Part shown: positions 59,337-64,000 of the stretch, in pieces
Numbering within the stretch: position 1 is the stretch's first letter
Layout of the letters: each line of letters begins with the position of its first letter
NCBI GenBank assembly: GCA_037190965.1
Contig: JBBCKI010000004.1
Span: forward strand, 63,786-127,785
Reading direction: 5' to 3'
DNA length: 64,000 bases
DNA from: Chthoniobacteraceae bacterium
GTDB lineage: Bacteria; Verrucomicrobiota; Verrucomicrobiia; Chthoniobacterales; Chthoniobacteraceae
The notes under the pieces: model-generated
Databases searched by the model: none
What the model was told of the DNA's origin: nothing
The model's input: the letters and a program-made list of their open reading frames with translations, nothing else
Program-made: the position numbers and the translations under genes

Positions 59337-59984
59337 ATGCACCGTTGGTTTCGTTTTTGCGCCGGGTTCGCGCTTATGAGCTTTATCGGCTCGGGTATCC
59401 CCCCCATGGCCGTCGCTCAGGATTCCTCCGAAGAAAGCGCCATGCCCACCCCGGGGAAACATCAGCTCCGCCCCACGCCGCTCCAGATCGCCGAACACCG
59501 GATCGAGCAGCAGAACAAGCGGATCACGCACCAGAACGAGGAAATCGAACGCCTCACCGCGCTGCTGGAGGAACAGGGCAAGAAAATCGACGCCCAGTCC
59601 AAACAGATCGAGGCCCTCACGGAAAAAGCGGAAGTCTCCGGCGCCTCCCTCACCGCGATTGAAGGCCGCCTGATCGAAATGACGGAGCTTCTGGAGAAAC
59701 TCAGGGCCCGCCCGGCCGCCACCGCGACGGCAGCCGCTCCCACCAGTTCTCCAATTATCCCTTCCGCGCCCCCCGAGGCCGCCACGCCCTCGGAGCCGCC
59801 CATCCCCAGGGCCGAACCGGTTTCGCCCGCTGAAGGAGAAATTTATATTATCAAGCGGGGCGACAACCTCACTAACATTGCCAAGCAACACGGCACGACA
59901 GTTGCGGAGATCCTTAAACTCAATAAGATTGAAGATGAAAGAAAGTTGCAGATCGGGCAGAAGCTGATCCTCCCGAAACCTTGA
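59337..59984 (+). CDS. Exported coiled-coil protein with C-terminal LysM domain
   Basis: YIIKRGDNLTNIAKQHGTTVAEILKLN...LQIGQKLILP. Confidence 0.88.
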   Translation: MHRWFRFCAGFALMSFIGSGIPPMAVAQDSSEESAMPTPGKHQLRPTPLQIAEHRIEQQNKRITHQNEEIERLTALLEEQGKKIDAQSKQIEALTEKAEVSGASLTAIEGRLIEMTELLEKLRARPAATATAAAPTSSPIIPSAPPEAATPSEPPIPRAEPVSPAEGEIYIIKRGDNLTNIAKQHGTTVAEILKLNKIEDERKLQIGQKLILPKP

Positions 59985-60024
59985 GCCCTCTCCTCCAGTC
60001 ATAACCCCCACCCTCCAAAACAAA

Positions 60025-60534
60025 ATGGACACAACAAAGTGGTTCCTGATGAAACACGATGACGGCACGCTCTTTGGCCCGATGGGCTTCGACGTTCTGC
60101 GGCAATGGGCCGTGGATGCCCTCATCTCCCCGTTGGACAAGGTCTCCACCGATTGCCAGACCTGGCAGAAGGCCCCCATGGTCCCCGATCTCCAGATGGA
60201 CTATCTGCTGGAGCTCAGCCCAAGCTCCTACTACGGCCCCACCACCGTCGGAGCCGTGCGGGAATTCCTCGCCTGCGGCGAGATCACCGCTCAAACGATG
60301 ATCACCAACTGCAAAACGGGCGAAACGAAGTCACTTGAGGAGTTCGAGATTTTCACACCGCCCCAGAACGACGCTGAAGCCCTCCCCGGCCCGAGCATCC
60401 GCGACCATCTCCAGGCGCGAATCCGGGAGCTGGAAGAAGCGATCATGGAGGAGCGGCGGCTCCGGTTTACCGCCGAAGACCTGCGCGCCAAGGCCGAGGC
60501 CCGCGCGGCAGAATTAGAAAAACTCCTCTCCTGA
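60025..60534 (+). CDS. Hypothetical protein with two GYF-like repeats and a coiled coil
   Basis: W...FGP...L.QW and YYGP repeats. Confidence 0.6.
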   Translation: MDTTKWFLMKHDDGTLFGPMGFDVLRQWAVDALISPLDKVSTDCQTWQKAPMVPDLQMDYLLELSPSSYYGPTTVGAVREFLACGEITAQTMITNCKTGETKSLEEFEIFTPPQNDAEALPGPSIRDHLQARIRELEEAIMEERRLRFTAEDLRAKAEARAAELEKLLS

Positions 60535-60602
60535 TCCGGCACGGCGGGCAAAGACAAAACCGTGCTGGCAAGAGGTGCGGCGTTTTAATATTTTTTCCGA
60601 GA

Positions 60603-61490
60603 ATGTTTAACCGTCCCATCGTCATGCTGGCCCTTGCGTCGCTTGCCGCCGCCACCCTGGCGGACGCCGAGCCGGCGGGGCCAGCCAGGAGCGCGGAGAC
60701 TCCCGAAGTTTCCGAGGCTCCGATTGCAACCAAGACAGTCGAGACAACCGAGCCGCTGACCCGGCAGGAGATCGACTCCGCCGCGCGAATCGACGCCGTG
60801 ACCATTCCCAGCCCGGGAGAGCTGATGGCCGCCCTCGCCAAGGAGGCCAAGCCGAACTGGCAGTCCGAGTACCGCCCGCCGATCCCGACCACCTTTTCCA
60901 GCCGCGCGCAAATTGCCCTGAACGTCGGCGGCCTTATCGCGGACGGCTACATCGCCCTGGAGGCGGAAGACAGCCAGCAGATCAAAAACATCGGCAAAGA
61001 CATCATCGCCCTCGCCAAAAGCCTGGCCGTCAGCGAGAGCGTCATCGCCCGGGGGAGCAGCATTTTCGATTTTGCGGAGAACAACGAGTGGGCCGCCCTC
61101 AAAGAGGAACTGGAAGCCACCCAAAACGAGGTCAAGCTCGCCCTGGAAGAACAGCACGACTCGGATCTCGTCAACCTCGTAAGCCTGGGCGGCTGGATCC
61201 GCGGCACGGCAGTCCTGAGCAGTTGGATCGCCGAAAACTACACCCCCGCCTCCGCGAAACTGCTGCGCCAGCCCGCCATCGTCGCCCTCATGCGGCAAAA
61301 GCTGAAAGACCTGCCCGAAAAAGTGCAGAGCGAATCGCTTATCCGGAACGTCAGCGAAAAATTGGCGGAGATCGAAACCCTCGTCTCTTTCCCGGAAGAC
61401 AAAACGCCAAGTCTGGACGATGTTAAACGTCTGAAGGAGATCTCCAACAAACTGATGGAGGAAATCTCCCGGAAAAAGGAGGCGAAATGA
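60603..61490 (+). CDS. Hypothetical exported alpha-helical protein
   Basis: Signal peptide; IPSP.E, ALNVG..IAD, GGWI motifs. Confidence 0.7.
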   Translation: MFNRPIVMLALASLAAATLADAEPAGPARSAETPEVSEAPIATKTVETTEPLTRQEIDSAARIDAVTIPSPGELMAALAKEAKPNWQSEYRPPIPTTFSSRAQIALNVGGLIADGYIALEAEDSQQIKNIGKDIIALAKSLAVSESVIARGSSIFDFAENNEWAALKEELEATQNEVKLALEEQHDSDLVNLVSLGGWIRGTAVLSSWIAENYTPASAKLLRQPAIVALMRQKLKDLPEKVQSESLIRNVSEKLAEIETLVSFPEDKTPSLDDVKRLKEISNKLMEEISRKKEAK

Positions 61491-61948
61491 GATTCCTGCC
61501 CGTTTTTGCTGCCGCCCTCGCGCTCCTGCTGTTTCCGTCTCCCAGAGCCTCCGCGCAGGCCCCCGTCCCCCGGGTCACCGACGCCCAGGTGCAGACACGA
61601 GCCGCCGCCCTTCAGGTTGCCGGAGCCTTTTCCAACGACGGGTTCAAGATCCGCGACGGCCATTGGTGGGGTTCCCTCACCCCGAAGGAACCCAAGATCA
61701 TCCAGGTCAATCTCTACGCGGGGAATCAATACTGGTTCGTAGCCGCCGTCTCCCCCGAAACCAAGGGGCTGAAGGTCGCCGTCTATGATGAAACCGGCAA
61801 ACCGATGGCCACTGAATCGTACCAACAAGATGGCCGGGCGGCGGCCGGGTTTTCTCCAACCGTCAGCGGGCCATACTACGTCAAAGTGACAACCGAGGCA
61901 GCCGAGGGCGAACCCGTCACGTTCTGCCTGCTCTACAGCTACAAATAA
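61487..61948 (+). CDS. Hypothetical exported beta-sandwich (PPC-like) protein
   Basis: Signal peptide; VYDETGK and SGPYYVKV; ATGA overlap. Confidence 0.7.
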   Translation: MRFLPVFAAALALLLFPSPRASAQAPVPRVTDAQVQTRAAALQVAGAFSNDGFKIRDGHWWGSLTPKEPKIIQVNLYAGNQYWFVAAVSPETKGLKVAVYDETGKPMATESYQQDGRAAAGFSPTVSGPYYVKVTTEAAEGEPVTFCLLYSYK

Positions 61949-61968
61949 CGCATTCGCCACAACACGAT

Positions 61969-62439
61969 ATGGAATCTTCAGCAACACGGATCGCGGAAAA
62001 AGTCTCCGGCCCGAGAGTCAAACAATTCTCGATTTTTCTACCCAACAAAGTCGGCGCCCTCTCCGAGGTCGTTAAAGTGCTTCACGACCACAGCGTCCAC
62101 GTACTCGCGATCAACGTGCAGGACTCCGCGGATTCCGCCATCGTCCGCATCATCGCTAGCGATCCCGAGCAAGTCCACGACCTTCTGGCGATCAATAGCA
62201 TCCCATTCGCGGAGTCGAATATCGTCGTGGTGGAAATGAAAGAGGGCGCGACGCAACTCCCCAAAGTGCTCACCTCCCTCCTGATGGCCGAAGTAAACAT
62301 CCACGGCATCTACGCGCTACTCACCCGCCCGAGAGGGAATACCGCCCTAGCCATCCACGTGGAAGACAACGACTGCGCCACCGCCGTGCTCCGCAGCCAC
62401 GGCTTCCGGCTATTGAGCCAGATGGATATTTCGCGGTAG
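61969..62439 (+). CDS. Tandem ACT-domain protein
   Basis: QFSIFLPNKVGAL, VNIHGIY. Confidence 0.85.
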   Translation: MESSATRIAEKVSGPRVKQFSIFLPNKVGALSEVVKVLHDHSVHVLAINVQDSADSAIVRIIASDPEQVHDLLAINSIPFAESNIVVVEMKEGATQLPKVLTSLLMAEVNIHGIYALLTRPRGNTALAIHVEDNDCATAVLRSHGFRLLSQMDISR

Positions 62440-62598
62440 CGTCTTGGAGACGCGGTTCGGCAAGTTGTCAACGCCGAGAACCGCTAACTTCAAATAACTC
62501 GCCTAGTGCGCCCCGAAGGAGGATCGGAGCGAGATGGGTATTGCATTTCCGAGTTGGCGCGATTGCATCAATTGAATGCCTTCTCACCAAAGCAGAGC

Positions 62599-62643
62599 AA
62601 AAAAAAGCCCAAGAGACGATCTTCTAGAAATCGCCTCTTGAGC
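62599..62643 (-). terminator. Probable intrinsic terminator of the PEP-CTERM gene
   Basis: Imperfect stem GCCCAAGAGACGAT / ATCGCCTCTTGAGC next to an A-run (U-tract on the minus strand). Confidence 0.6.
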
Positions 62644-62704
62644 AACAAATCCTAATTCAAAGGCCCGTCAAACGGCTTTTACGCCCGGAGCCTTGCCCCT
62701 TCTT

Positions 62705-63451
62705 CTACAACCGCGCGCGCCGACGCGAAAGGAACCCGATGGCTCCTGCTGCACCAAGCATCAATAGCACGGAGCTTGGCTCGGGAACGGGATCGGCAGC
62801 CTTAAAGAGCATCACCGATTGGAGCCCCAGATCACCTTCCTCCTCGATCTTAACATTGCCGTAGTACACTTGCTTCCCCTGCGCCGCCTCTCCATCGAGT
62901 GCTGAGCGCAAGTAGGTGCGCGTCAAATCCATCGAAGGGTCCCCAGGGTAGTACCAATCCACGATTGTCTCGATCTTTTCGGAAGTCAGCTCGCCTTCCC
63001 AAAAGCCATGATGAAAGCCCGTTGTCAGCGCCCACACCGCACTCTGGAAAGCATACCCGGCACCATCCCTGCTGAAATCCGAGAGGATATCACTTTCATG
63101 ATTGTAATAGATATTCGCAACTGCCCCCAGAATCGTTGCCGCATTTGTCTGAAGAGAACGCTCAACGCCAGAGTCCCAAAACCCATTCGTAAGAACTTCC
63201 GGGCTCGTACTGATATTAAAGACATGCAACCCGCTCGGGTCATTAAGAGACTGATCCAGACAGACCCAGTAAAAATCGCCTCCCACCAGTTCATTGAAAA
63301 GCTCGCCTGTGCCATCTACAATCGTGGTTGGGTTGGTATCTCTTTCGTAGCCGTAGAGATTCCCGAACTCGATCTCGAAGGTGTTTGCCATAGCCAACCC
63401 GTGGCCCAGGCAAGTTAAAAGAAGACACGTAAGTCCAAATTTTTTTAACAT
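62705..63451 (-). CDS. PEP-CTERM sorting-domain protein
   Basis: Signal peptide; C-terminal VPEPSS + TM + RRRAR. Confidence 0.92.
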   Translation of the reverse strand: MLKKFGLTCLLLTCLGHGLAMANTFEIEFGNLYGYERDTNPTTIVDGTGELFNELVGGDFYWVCLDQSLNDPSGLHVFNISTSPEVLTNGFWDSGVERSLQTNAATILGAVANIYYNHESDILSDFSRDGAGYAFQSAVWALTTGFHHGFWEGELTSEKIETIVDWYYPGDPSMDLTRTYLRSALDGEAAQGKQVYYGNVKIEEEGDLGLQSVMLFKAADPVPEPSSVLLMLGAAGAIGFLSRRRARL

Positions 63452-63884
63452 ACAAGTGATTAGAGGGTGATTGAGAGTGAGATCCACTCAGTAAAACGAT
63501 CTGTGTCAGATTCTAAATTACCCCGCATGTTGTCAACACAACGCCTGTCGCTTTCCATACGCAGGAATACGCATTGAGTATGATTTTGTGATCAATTGTT
63601 GCGATAGCGAGCCTCGATTTTGGTTCTTTTGAGAACGAGCCCCATCCTCTTGCTGGCTGCATTCTCTAAAATTCGCGTTTTTTTCGAAATCTTCCAGATT
63701 CGGAAGATAATTTCAGCTTCGATCTGCCAAAGTCCCAAGACGCTCGCGATTCGATGACTACGAAGGATGAGGATAAAGAGGCATTTTATTTGCGGCTCTG
63801 GGAAGCCGGGGGCGATTTTCACACAAGGTTGAAAATCGCCCCCTTTTCCCTTCAAGTGAATCATCGATTCGTTCAAGAAAAGAC

Positions 63885-63960
63885 CCCAAAGGCACGGGTT
63901 ATTGAGAAGAAAAAATAGAGGGCCTTTGGCCATCAGCGGCGTCGTGGAACTCCACCCTCC
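63885..63960. repeat. Inverted copy of repeat 19105-19180
   Basis: Reverse complement GGAGGGTGGAGTTCCACGACGCCGCT..CCAAAGGCCCTCTATTT.TTCTTCTCAA matches 19105 onward. Confidence 0.85.
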
Positions 63961-64000
63961 ATCTACCGCGCGACAAGCGCGCGCAGGGCGAAATAGCAAC

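Noticed and set aside
59061..60179. 372-aa ORF as a single protein
   Set aside because: Only the last 58 aa (UBact) are credible; the rest is antisense to the LysM gene and the next gene.
62500..62530. Possible tRNA 3' remnant (GTGCGCCCCGAAGGA)
   Set aside because: No TTCGA T-loop or CCA; too short to support.
1..64000. CRISPR array or cas genes
   Set aside because: No regularly spaced repeat-spacer array seen; the repeats are dispersed palindromes or Rhs coding repeats.

Overview
GC-rich bacterial chromosome segment, very probably Verrucomicrobiota (Verru_Chthon pilin cassettes, PEP-CTERM protein, UBact/proteasome). In order, it contains: the end of a Verru_Chthon cassette; a ~7.4-kb degraded integrative element in tRNA-Gly(CCC) (36-bp att repeats, tyrosine integrase, DUF3102-like and excisionase-like genes, truncated and frameshifted Rhs toxin with an HNH/LHH-type nuclease tip, SMI1/KNR4 and DUF6896-like immunity genes); housekeeping genes; a lexA-imuA-(sORF)-imuB-dnaE2 mutagenesis operon with a divergent LexA and a candidate new operator; a sugar-acid catabolic operon; a five-gene glycosylation cassette; mscL, aroF, fabD, pilB/gspE, fic, aat, psd, pssA; a second, permuted Verru_Chthon cassette whose B pilin carries an in-frame 96-bp palindromic insertion; mrdA, ptsH; UBact-prcB-prcA; and a PEP-CTERM protein with thioester-domain-like motifs. 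Several REP/MITE-like repeat families occupy intergenic spaces. All protein calls come from motif recognition by eye; no searches were run.
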